NCBI GenBank assembly: GCA_020846195.1
Contig: JADLEJ010000046.1
Span: forward strand, 6,115 to 70,114
DNA: 64,000 nt
Reading direction: 5' to 3'
Origin: Nitrospira sp.
Lineage (GTDB): Bacteria; Nitrospirota; Nitrospiria; Nitrospirales; Nitrospiraceae
The notes beneath the pieces are model-generated. The model was given only the letters and a program-made list of their open reading frames with translations. It had not been told where the DNA came from and made no database searches. Shown here in pieces: positions 44,835-52,262 of the stretch (position 1 is its first letter; each line of letters begins with the position of its first letter). The position numbers were made by a program, and so were the translations under genes.

Positions 44835-45254
44835 ATGACCGACAACGAGCAAGACAATCGCGTTGAGATCACCCCCTACCAAGCAGCGGGCGGGCTTGAA
44901 GGGCTCACGAAGTTGGTGGACGAATTTTACGCCCAGATGGATACGCTGCCTGAAGCCCAGACCATCCGGAACATGCACCCGAAGGATCTCAGCACATCGC
45001 GCAAGAAACTGACGTATTTTCTCAGCGGCTGGCTGAGTGGCCCGGCGTTGTTTCAGCAACACTATGGGCCGATCAACATTCCAGGCGTGCACAAACGGTT
45101 TCCAATCGGTTACGAGGAACGCGATGCCTGGCTGCTGTGTATGCAGCGAGCCCTGGCCGCCCAACCATACAGCGACGAATTGAAGAACTATCTCCTGACC
45201 AGCCTCAGCATCCCGGCAGAACGAATCCGGCAAGTGAACGCAGGAGAGTTCTGA
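44835..45254 (+). CDS. group II truncated haemoglobin (trHbO-like)
   Basis: 139 aa. GGLEGLTKLVDEFYAQM ... LTYFLSGWLSGPALFQQHYGP ... HKRFPIGYEERDAWLLCM, typical of 2-on-2 globins. Confidence 0.75.
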   Translation: MTDNEQDNRVEITPYQAAGGLEGLTKLVDEFYAQMDTLPEAQTIRNMHPKDLSTSRKKLTYFLSGWLSGPALFQQHYGPINIPGVHKRFPIGYEERDAWLLCMQRALAAQPYSDELKNYLLTSLSIPAERIRQVNAGEF

Positions 45255-45273
45255 CAACCGCATCCATCTCTTA

Positions 45274-45400
45274 CCCCTCCCTCTCGGGTGTGATTTGAGA
45301 GGTCTTCCCTGCGCGCATAAACCGAGCACTGCCACCAATCTCACTTATAAATACTTTCCCGGTGCGCGGGCAGCGCGCAAAAAAACTGTGTGCCACCCCT
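45274..45400 (+). repeat. family-2 palindromic repeat, divergent full copy (A)
   Basis: CT-rich flank CCCCTCCCTCTC, left arm GGGTGTG...CTGCGCGCAT, centre AACCGAGCACTGCCA (shared with copy D), right arm GGTGCGCGGGCAGCGCGCAAAAAAACTGTGTGCCACCCC (shared with copy C). Confidence 0.55.
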
Positions 45401-45425
45401 ATCCGATTCCTCCTTCCACCTCCCC

Positions 45426-45531
45426 AAGGGTGTGCCGCGGTTGGTTTTTACTGCGCGCATTGAGCGACCGCCGTTTCATCGCGGGGGCTCAGCGAGCAAG
45501 AAAACCAACCGGGGCATACCCGCCCCTCCTT
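45426..45531 (+). repeat. family-2 palindromic repeat, full copy (B, 106 bp)
   Basis: Aligns with 48825..48930 with 8 differences in 106 positions by my hand alignment. Arms GGTTGGTTTTT / AAAACCAACC and GGGTGTGCC / GGCATACCC pair. Confidence 0.75.
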
Positions 45532-45569
45532 ACTTGCAGCCATTCCTCGAATCGGGTAGGCTTCATTTC

Positions 45570-45791
45570 ATGGTGCTCGACCGGATCCATATCAACCCGC
45601 AAGTCTGTGGAGGCAAGGCGACGATTCGCGGTCTCCGTCTAACGGTGGACTTTGTTCTACGACTGCTGGGAGATGGATATACGGCCGCCGAGATCGTGAC
45701 AGATTATCCTGAATTGGTCCTTGAGGATGTCTATCAGGCAGCGAAATACGGCGCATGGCTGGCTGGTGAACAGACATCCGCGGCCTCATGA
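45570..45791 (+). CDS. DUF433-family putative antitoxin
   Basis: ORF 45390..45791 trimmed to ATG 45570. INPQVCGGKATIRGLRLTVDFVLRLLGDGYTAAEIVTDYPELVLEDV is the classic DUF433 pattern. Confidence 0.7.
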   Translation: MVLDRIHINPQVCGGKATIRGLRLTVDFVLRLLGDGYTAAEIVTDYPELVLEDVYQAAKYGAWLAGEQTSAAS

Positions 45792-46156
45792 GGCTGCTGG
45801 CCGATCTCCATATCGCCCCTCGTACCGTTCAATTCCTTCGCTCCCTCGGTCATGACGCTCTTCGCGTGACCGATCTTCTCCCCGCAACCGCCTCCGACGA
45901 ATCCATTATCGAGCGAGCCGCGCAGGATCAACGAATCATCCTGACTCAAGACCTCGACATGACGGCGATCATCGCCCTGTCCCGACGCCAATATCCATCA
46001 CTCGTCACCCTTCGTCTAAGCTCCGTACGAGTCGAGTTCGTCAACTCCATCCTCCAACGGACCCTCCCGGTGCTGGAGCACGATCTGCTGCAGGGCGCAC
46101 TCGTCACAATCGAAGACTCCCGCATTCGTCTCCGTCGTCTCCCACTAATCATTTAA
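45788..46156 (+). CDS. DUF5615-family (PIN-like) putative toxin
   Basis: MRLLADLHI...FLRSLGHDA...DESIIERAAQDQRIILTQDLD. 4-nt overlap with the DUF433 gene. Confidence 0.7.
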   Translation: MRLLADLHIAPRTVQFLRSLGHDALRVTDLLPATASDESIIERAAQDQRIILTQDLDMTAIIALSRRQYPSLVTLRLSSVRVEFVNSILQRTLPVLEHDLLQGALVTIEDSRIRLRRLPLII

Positions 46157-46200
46157 CCATTCAGAACACTTCCATCTGACACAAAGAAATAGCAGGCAAC

Positions 46201-46249
46201 TGGTGTGCGGGCAACGAGCAAGGAAACTGCGCTCCCTCTCCTCCTCCTC
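46201..46249 (+). repeat. family-2 repeat, right-arm-only fragment (C)
   Basis: TGGTGTGCGGGCAACGAGCAAGGAAACTGCGCTCCCTCTCCTCC parallels the right arm of copy A and the AGCGAGCAAGAAA...CCCCTCC of copies B and E. Confidence 0.5.
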
Positions 46250-46385
46250 TTTTTCCGATCCTATGTCCCTCCCTCGTAGCGATTCCGCGAGAGTCCTGTC
46301 ATGCGACGGTCCTCGCCAAATGCTAGATTCGCGTTGGTCGCGCGCGCTGAAGGCTGAACGTGATCGTATCGGCAGGCAAGGCAAG

Positions 46386-47720
46386 CTACGGAGCGGGCGA
46401 TATTTCGGCAATGTAGACATCCCGTCGCCCGCCGGGCTGCCCCCAATTGCTGGTGAACGCGACGAACCGGCCATCTCGGCTGATATTCGCCTTCGGCGAA
46501 TCGTTATACGATTGATAGACGCTGCGATGGTGCGCCACGCGGCGAATCCGCTGACTCCCATCTGTCGCCACTTGAAAGATTTCGTTGTCGAACGCCGCTT
46601 GGACGCCTCCCCCAACGCTAGAGTACCGGCTCACCAGCGCCCACGTTTCATTGTCCGCCAACATTGAGTAGTGGTGGTCCTGCGTCGTTCGTGTGGCATA
46701 ACCAGGGATCAAGCTGACCGTACTATGCGGCGTCTGCAATGACCGATAGACATAATCCTGATGAACGCCCCCCGTAAAGATCGTGCCCTGCCCCGAGTCA
46801 TGGTGGTAGAAACCATCGACGCCCCACACCAACAGCTCGCTCGCCCCAGTGGCCAGCGTTACGATCTGGACATTCCCGGTCGTCAATCCGATGGTCAGAA
46901 ATTGGCCCGACCTATCCAGTTGCACCTCATCGAGATTCGGCACCATCTGGCGATAGAGGATGGCGTTGGCACTGCGCCGCCACACCAGATACCCCACGTT
47001 CTGCGCCGATGCATTCGTCAGCGTAAACGCAAACACATCGTCATCGAGGCTCTTGGACATCTGAAAGATCGTGCCGCCAGCGACCATATCGTTGGTGAAG
47101 TCTTTCACGAGTTGGTACTGCTGGCTCGCGACATTGAACGCCCATAACCGATGGGTATCATTGTGGCCGTAGATGATGTCGGGATTGGTACCGCTCCAAA
47201 TCATGTCGGACCGCTCCATCAGCCAGCCGTTCGATGGGGGCGTCGCCAATACCACTTTGTTACTAGCCAACCGCTGATTTTTATCGAAGCTGAAAAAGAC
47301 GCTCCTTGTCGCGTTATACAGCCCCACAACATGAATGCGCGTCGCATCCGAATTGAAAGCCGGCCAGTACGAATACTGCACCTCGGTACTCGTGTTGCCG
47401 TCCGCACCGTCGGTCAACCGGAGGATCACTGAGTGAAACGTTGGATCCACCGCCTCACGACCAGCCTGCGGCAACGAAGGCAGAGCCGGCTCCGGATAGA
47501 TGCCGAAGTCCGTTCTCAACGCTCCAATCGAGGCCCCGGTTCCAACCACCGGCCCCGTCGAAGCCGCACCGACCGAACTTCCTCCCCCACTCTCTCCGCA
47601 ACCATGACTGCCCGCGCACAGTAGGAGAACCAATCCTAGAACCGCCCATCGATGGTGACCTCGACAAACCTCCATCACGGACTCCTTCCAGATGTTTCGC
47701 GTGCCCTGGCGCGAACGCAA
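46386..47720 (-). CDS. lipoprotein with TolB/PD40-like beta-propeller features (island gene)
   Basis: Lipobox LLCAGSHGC (the Met at 47675 is an alternative start). C-terminal PD40-like SRDGRFVAFTSNW...RRDVYI. It is the only minus-strand gene in the island. Confidence 0.5.
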   Translation of the reverse strand: MRSRQGTRNIWKESVMEVCRGHHRWAVLGLVLLLCAGSHGCGESGGGSSVGAASTGPVVGTGASIGALRTDFGIYPEPALPSLPQAGREAVDPTFHSVILRLTDGADGNTSTEVQYSYWPAFNSDATRIHVVGLYNATRSVFFSFDKNQRLASNKVVLATPPSNGWLMERSDMIWSGTNPDIIYGHNDTHRLWAFNVASQQYQLVKDFTNDMVAGGTIFQMSKSLDDDVFAFTLTNASAQNVGYLVWRRSANAILYRQMVPNLDEVQLDRSGQFLTIGLTTGNVQIVTLATGASELLVWGVDGFYHHDSGQGTIFTGGVHQDYVYRSLQTPHSTVSLIPGYATRTTQDHHYSMLADNETWALVSRYSSVGGGVQAAFDNEIFQVATDGSQRIRRVAHHRSVYQSYNDSPKANISRDGRFVAFTSNWGQPGGRRDVYIAEISPAP

Positions 47721-47925
47721 GGATGGTGCCTTCTCCTAAAATATATCGACGGGAAGCGATCACCCAAGATTACAGACAGCGATGCAGACTCAACCCGGTC
47801 AGAGCGGCTCTCGCGCGAACAGACAACCTAGTGAACGGACAAAGATTGAACAGGATTGTTCGCATTCGTTCCTTCCTTACATCAGAATAGATACCTACGC
47901 TATTGCTTATATATCCTACTCATAC

Positions 47926-48000
47926 TCCTCTTCCCTCTCCTCACGAGTATGCCCAGGCAAGCTTTCACTGCGCGCATGAACCGAGCACCGCCATTGATTT
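47926..48000 (+). repeat. family-2 repeat, left-arm-plus-centre fragment (D)
   Basis: A CT-rich flank, then GCTTTCACTGCGCGCAT (17 nt identical to copy E), followed by GAACCGAGCACCGCCA as in copy A. Confidence 0.55.
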
Positions 48001-48221
48001 CTCTACCAGGCCAGATTCGCTGTCTGTATCAACCGACTGGCGCGAAAGGCTATTGAACAACCGCTAGATCTTTCAGTATAGTTGCTTTCCTTAGAACTAC
48101 TTAGTCAACCATGCTCTTCAGTGCTGGCACCGGGTGGCCAGGGCCTCTTCTTTGAGAGCCACGGTGCTGCTAGAGAGCAACCAGCCACTTCACGCTCGAC
48201 TTCGATCTCTGGAGCTACGAG

Positions 48222-48719
48222 ATGTCCAACACGATCATCGCTAGGCGCTTCTTCATACTTTCGGTTCTATTATTCTGCATCGTGCCCAACCTGGCAGTGG
48301 CCCAGAGTCGCGCAGGTGCCGGGAAAGCCGACCCCTGCGCGTTGCTCACACGGGAGTTGGTCGAGAAGGTCAACGCCGTCACCAAGCAAGCCATTGATGT
48401 GACCGGACCAAAGGAACTGCCGCTCGGCACGAGCGGGACAGCCTGCGAGTGGGGGGATGTAGTGCTACAGATCGATCCGTGGCCGCCCGCCCGCCTCGAG
48501 GAAATGCGGAAGAAGGATGGCAAGAGCTGGGAGGCGATCCCGGGAGTCGGAGACGCGGCCTATCTGCACAACATCAAGGATATGATGGCAGAGCTCTTCG
48601 TGCGGACGGGCTCACGCACCTTCGCGGTGCTGCTCACGATCCCGGTGGGAAGCACGACTGCGGCATTCAAGCCAACTCTCGTTGCAGTGGCCAACGCTAT
48701 CGTGCCGAAGCTGCGCTAG
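48222..48719 (+). CDS. hypothetical secreted protein (island gene)
   Basis: Signal peptide FFILSVLLFCIVPNLAVAQS. No family recognised. Confidence 0.45.
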   Translation: MSNTIIARRFFILSVLLFCIVPNLAVAQSRAGAGKADPCALLTRELVEKVNAVTKQAIDVTGPKELPLGTSGTACEWGDVVLQIDPWPPARLEEMRKKDGKSWEAIPGVGDAAYLHNIKDMMAELFVRTGSRTFAVLLTIPVGSTTAAFKPTLVAVANAIVPKLR

Positions 48720-48824
48720 AACGACAATATCCCTCGCTGGGCAGGTTAATCAGGCATCGGCGGATGCATTCGGCACAACGCGGTCATGATGCGATCCTCC
48801 GACTTCTCCGAATCCCCCCTCTCT

Positions 48825-48930
48825 AAGGGTGTGCCCTGGCTGGCTTTCACTGCGCGCATTGAGCGACCGCCGTTTCATCGCGGGGGCTCAGCGAGCAAGA
48901 AAGCCAACCGGGGCGCACCCGCCCCTCCTT
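48825..48930 (+). repeat. family-2 palindromic repeat, full copy (E, 106 bp)
   Basis: Near-identical to copy B. Marks the right edge of the AT-richer island, 35 bp before folB. Confidence 0.75.
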
Positions 48931-48958
48931 GACTCTTTGAAATCCGATCCTCGACAAT
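48929..48958 (+). promoter_or_regulatory. possible promoter for folB, partly built from the repeat terminus
   Basis: TTGACT (48929-48934), 18 nt, GACAAT (48953-48958). The ATG at 48965 is 7 nt after the -10, so the transcript may be leaderless. Confidence 0.3.
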
Positions 48959-48964
48959 GCCCGC

Positions 48965-49906
48965 ATGTCAGCACACATCATCATTGAACGACTCGAGTTC
49001 CGCGGGCGCTGCGGTGTCACGGCAGAAGAACGGGCGAAGCCCCAGCCGCTGGCGGTGGATCTGGAATTGGCTGCGTCCCTCGATCCGGCCGGCCACTCGG
49101 ACAATCTCGCCGATACCATCGACTATGCAAAGATCGCCCAACGCCTCGTTGAGATCGGCACGACACAGGAAGCCTGTTTACTTGAAACCATGGCGGAGCG
49201 ATTTCTCGCCATGCTGTTTGCGGATTTCCCCATTGCGCACGCAAACCTCTGGCTGCGCAAGCTTCATGCGCCTATCAGTCACGTCACCCGCTCTGTCGGC
49301 ATCAGGATCGAGCGAACCAGACTCGCCCAGCAGTTGAGTCAAGTCGAGCCGAAGCCAGCTCCATTCCTCGTCGAGCAACTGCACCGGCTCCCCAAAGGCC
49401 TGGTCCTGGATGTGGCAACGAGAGGAGGACGGCACGCCTTACACCTCGCGGCGCATGGATATCAGGTCGATGCGGTTGACCGCGACAGCGCCGCGCTCGC
49501 GCAACTTGCGGCCTCCGCCACAGAACGGGCGCTCCCCTCGATCACAACAAAAGCCATCGATTTGGAACAGCCTATGCCGTTCGATCCAGGCTTCGGACAT
49601 GAGCGCTATGACGTGATCCTGGTCTTCTTCTACCTGCATCGCCCTCTCTTCCCGTTCCTCATTGAGGCGCTCAAGCCGGGCGGCGTGCTGATCTATGAGA
49701 CCTTCACCATCGACAACTACACCCATCACAAACACCCGCGCCGCTGGGAGTTCTGCCTGGCCCATAATGAATTGCTGCGCATGACCTCGACGCTCCAGAC
49801 GTTGCACTACGATGAGGGGGCTCACGACGGCGTGGAGGGCCCTCGCTCGACCTATACCGCGCAGCTAGTCGCCCAAAAACCTCTGCGGCCGGTTCATCTC
49901 GCATGA
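48965..49906 (+). CDS. folB: dihydroneopterin aldolase (FolB) fused to a TehB-like SAM-dependent methyltransferase
   Basis: N-terminal: IIIERLEFRGRCGVTAEERAKPQPLAVDLEL...DTIDYAKI...LLETMAERF. C-terminal: VLDVATRGGRHALHLAAHGYQVDAVDRD...LKPGGVLIYETF. Confidence 0.75.
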   Translation: MSAHIIIERLEFRGRCGVTAEERAKPQPLAVDLELAASLDPAGHSDNLADTIDYAKIAQRLVEIGTTQEACLLETMAERFLAMLFADFPIAHANLWLRKLHAPISHVTRSVGIRIERTRLAQQLSQVEPKPAPFLVEQLHRLPKGLVLDVATRGGRHALHLAAHGYQVDAVDRDSAALAQLAASATERALPSITTKAIDLEQPMPFDPGFGHERYDVILVFFYLHRPLFPFLIEALKPGGVLIYETFTIDNYTHHKHPRRWEFCLAHNELLRMTSTLQTLHYDEGAHDGVEGPRSTYTAQLVAQKPLRPVHLA

Positions 49907-50751
49907 GCCGCATCGACCTCCATCTGCATACCACTCATTCAGACGGCAGCCAGACGCCGGCGGCGGTCGTGCAACTCGCCCATGAGGCAGGCGTCTCCGC
50001 CCTGGCGATTACCGATCACGACATCACCACCGGCCTTCCGGAAGCCATCGCAGCGGGGCATGCGCTCGGTATTGAAATCATTCCCGGCATCGAAATCAGC
50101 TCGCGCCACGGAACCTCGGAACTGCATGTCCTCGGTTACTTTCTCAAATGGGAGGACGCCCAACTCAACACGCGCCTGATGACCTTGCGGGAAAGCCGGC
50201 ACCGCCGCAATCCCAAGATCGTCGAGCTGCTGCAAGCCGCGGGCATCGACATCACCTACGATGAGGTGCGGGCCGTCGCGGGGAGCGATTCGGTGGGCCG
50301 TCCGCATATCGCCCGTGTCCTTATGGACAAGAAGGTCGTGGCGACGGCCAAAGAAGCCTTCGACCGGTTCCTCGCCGAAGGCAAAGCCGCCTATGTGCCA
50401 CGCGATCTCCCTACCCCTGTCGACGCGATCCGCTGGATTAAGGATGCGGGAGGGCTGGCCGTCCTCGCGCACCCCACCTGGGTCAAGACGACGGAAGGCA
50501 CGCTGACAGACTTAGCCCGCCAGCTGAAAACGCAAGGTTTGGATGGAGTCGAAGTCCATTACAGCACCCACACCCCACGACAGACCCGCACCTATTTAAG
50601 TCTCGCCAAACAATTGGGCCTCTTAGTCACGGGCGGCAGCGATTTCCACGGGATGACCAAACCCGATATCGACGTTGGGATCGGAAAGGGCTCGCTGCAT
50701 GTCCCCGATCATCTGTTGCCGAAACTCAAAGACGCCGTGGCCAAGCTCTAA
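49903..50751 (+). CDS. PHP-domain phosphoesterase (TrpH/YciV-like)
   Basis: IDLHLHTTHSDGS ... LAITDHD ... HP..., the PHP metal-ligand pattern. ATGA overlap with the folB fusion. Confidence 0.8.
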   Translation: MSRIDLHLHTTHSDGSQTPAAVVQLAHEAGVSALAITDHDITTGLPEAIAAGHALGIEIIPGIEISSRHGTSELHVLGYFLKWEDAQLNTRLMTLRESRHRRNPKIVELLQAAGIDITYDEVRAVAGSDSVGRPHIARVLMDKKVVATAKEAFDRFLAEGKAAYVPRDLPTPVDAIRWIKDAGGLAVLAHPTWVKTTEGTLTDLARQLKTQGLDGVEVHYSTHTPRQTRTYLSLAKQLGLLVTGGSDFHGMTKPDIDVGIGKGSLHVPDHLLPKLKDAVAKL

Positions 50752-50849
50752 CCCCTGCCTCAACCGACCCCGATTACCCGATTCCCGCTATTCATTGACT
50801 CTCCTGGCCTATCCGCTAGACTTGGGGCAACTGCTCACTGAATCGATCC

Positions 50850-52250
50850 ATGACACACGCATCTAGCTGGCTTATTCGGTTCGCGCTCGTCTCATTCGTG
50901 GCCCTCTTCGCAGGACCGCTCCTGAGCAAGCTGCCGTTTGCCGAACATTTCCCCCTAACCATCCTTGAATTGACGGGAGCCCAAACGATTCGTCTGGTCG
51001 TGGAAGGCACCGGCCTTCTCACGCTCTGGCTTCTCGCCGTTCACGCCTTTCGCCACATGCCGGACAATGGGAAAGGGTTCACCTTTCTCAGCCGGATTAT
51101 TCTCCCATTGACCACCATCCTTGTCCTCATTGTCGGGGACAAAACCATGCACGTAGCCGGGCAGACGCTGATCGAAGACATCGGACTCCAGCCCTACAGC
51201 CTCGCCTACGCCGCCGCCTTGATTGTGGCCGGACTCTGGTTGACCGCAGCCTGGCTGCTGAACATCGACGCGCTCCACCACTACTTCACCGCTCCTACAC
51301 CGGCTCGACATCGAACACGCGCGCCTCAGCAAACTGGCGAGAGTCATGCCGCTCACGACAGCTCTGATTCATCCAATTCCTCCGGCGCGGCCTCCGCGGA
51401 TGCGCTCGACTCGGAATCCCCACCGGCCATGCTGGGACGATACAAAATCCTAAAAGAACTCGGACGCGGAGCCATGGGAGTGGTGTATCTCGGCAAGGAC
51501 CCCACGATTCAGCGATTCGTCGCCATTAAAACCATGCGCCTGGATGAGATCGACGACGCCGAAAAGCTCCAGGAAGTGAAAGCCAGGTTTTTCCGTGAAG
51601 CGGAATCGACCGGCCGCCTCACCCACCCCAATATCGTGACCATTTACGATGCAGGCGAAGAACAGGATCTCGGCTACATCGCCATGGAAGTCTTGGAAGG
51701 CACCACACTCAAGCACTGGTCGCGCAAACCGAATCTGCTCCCTCTCGACAAGCTAATTCCCATCGTTGCCACCGCCGCCGAGGCCCTGGACTATGCCCAT
51801 CGACAAGGCGTCGTGCATCGGGATATTAAGCCGGCCAATATCATGATCACCGCTGGCGCGACCGTGAAAGTCATGGATTTCGGCATCGCGAAAATGGCCT
51901 CGTCGTCGAAGACGCAAACCGATATCGTGCTCGGCACTCCCACCTACATGTCGCCGGAGCAGATTGCCGGGAAAAAGGTCGATGGGCGATCCGATATTTT
52001 TTCGCTGGGAGTCGTCCTCTTTGAAATGCTGAGCGGCCGCCCTCCCTTCACGGCGGATAACTTATCCGCGTTGCTCTTTGCGATTGCCCATAATCCCCAT
52101 CCCTCCATCAAGGTCATCCGCCCGGATATTCCACCGGCCCTGCAACAGGTGCTCAACCAGGCGCTCGAAAAAGATCCGGCCTTGCGGTTCCGTCGGGCAG
52201 CCGAGTTTGCCCAGGAACTGCGCGCGTGCCTGCAAGGCCAGGCCGTCTAG
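50850..52250 (+). CDS. Ser/Thr protein kinase with N-terminal polytopic membrane domain
   Basis: About 4 TM helices in aa 1-140. Kinase: GRGAMGVVY, VAIK, HRDIKPANIM, DFGIA, GTPTYMSPE. Confidence 0.85.
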   Translation: MTHASSWLIRFALVSFVALFAGPLLSKLPFAEHFPLTILELTGAQTIRLVVEGTGLLTLWLLAVHAFRHMPDNGKGFTFLSRIILPLTTILVLIVGDKTMHVAGQTLIEDIGLQPYSLAYAAALIVAGLWLTAAWLLNIDALHHYFTAPTPARHRTRAPQQTGESHAAHDSSDSSNSSGAASADALDSESPPAMLGRYKILKELGRGAMGVVYLGKDPTIQRFVAIKTMRLDEIDDAEKLQEVKARFFREAESTGRLTHPNIVTIYDAGEEQDLGYIAMEVLEGTTLKHWSRKPNLLPLDKLIPIVATAAEALDYAHRQGVVHRDIKPANIMITAGATVKVMDFGIAKMASSSKTQTDIVLGTPTYMSPEQIAGKKVDGRSDIFSLGVVLFEMLSGRPPFTADNLSALLFAIAHNPHPSIKVIRPDIPPALQQVLNQALEKDPALRFRRAAEFAQELRACLQGQAV

Positions 52251-52262
52251 ATCGAGGCGCCT

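Noticed and set aside
45274-48930. Family-2 repeats as integron attC sites (a cassette array lacking an integrase)
   Set aside because: The cargo (TA pair, VOC protein, small lipoproteins) and the ~106-bp palindromes are reminiscent of chromosomal integrons. Three things argue against it. Four consecutive genes (42975-45254) have no repeat between them. The GTTGGTT/AACCAAC boxes miss the GTTRRRY/RYYYAAC consensus and occur in the wrong order for plus-strand cassettes. No intI is present. IntegronFinder's attC covariance model would be the decisive test.
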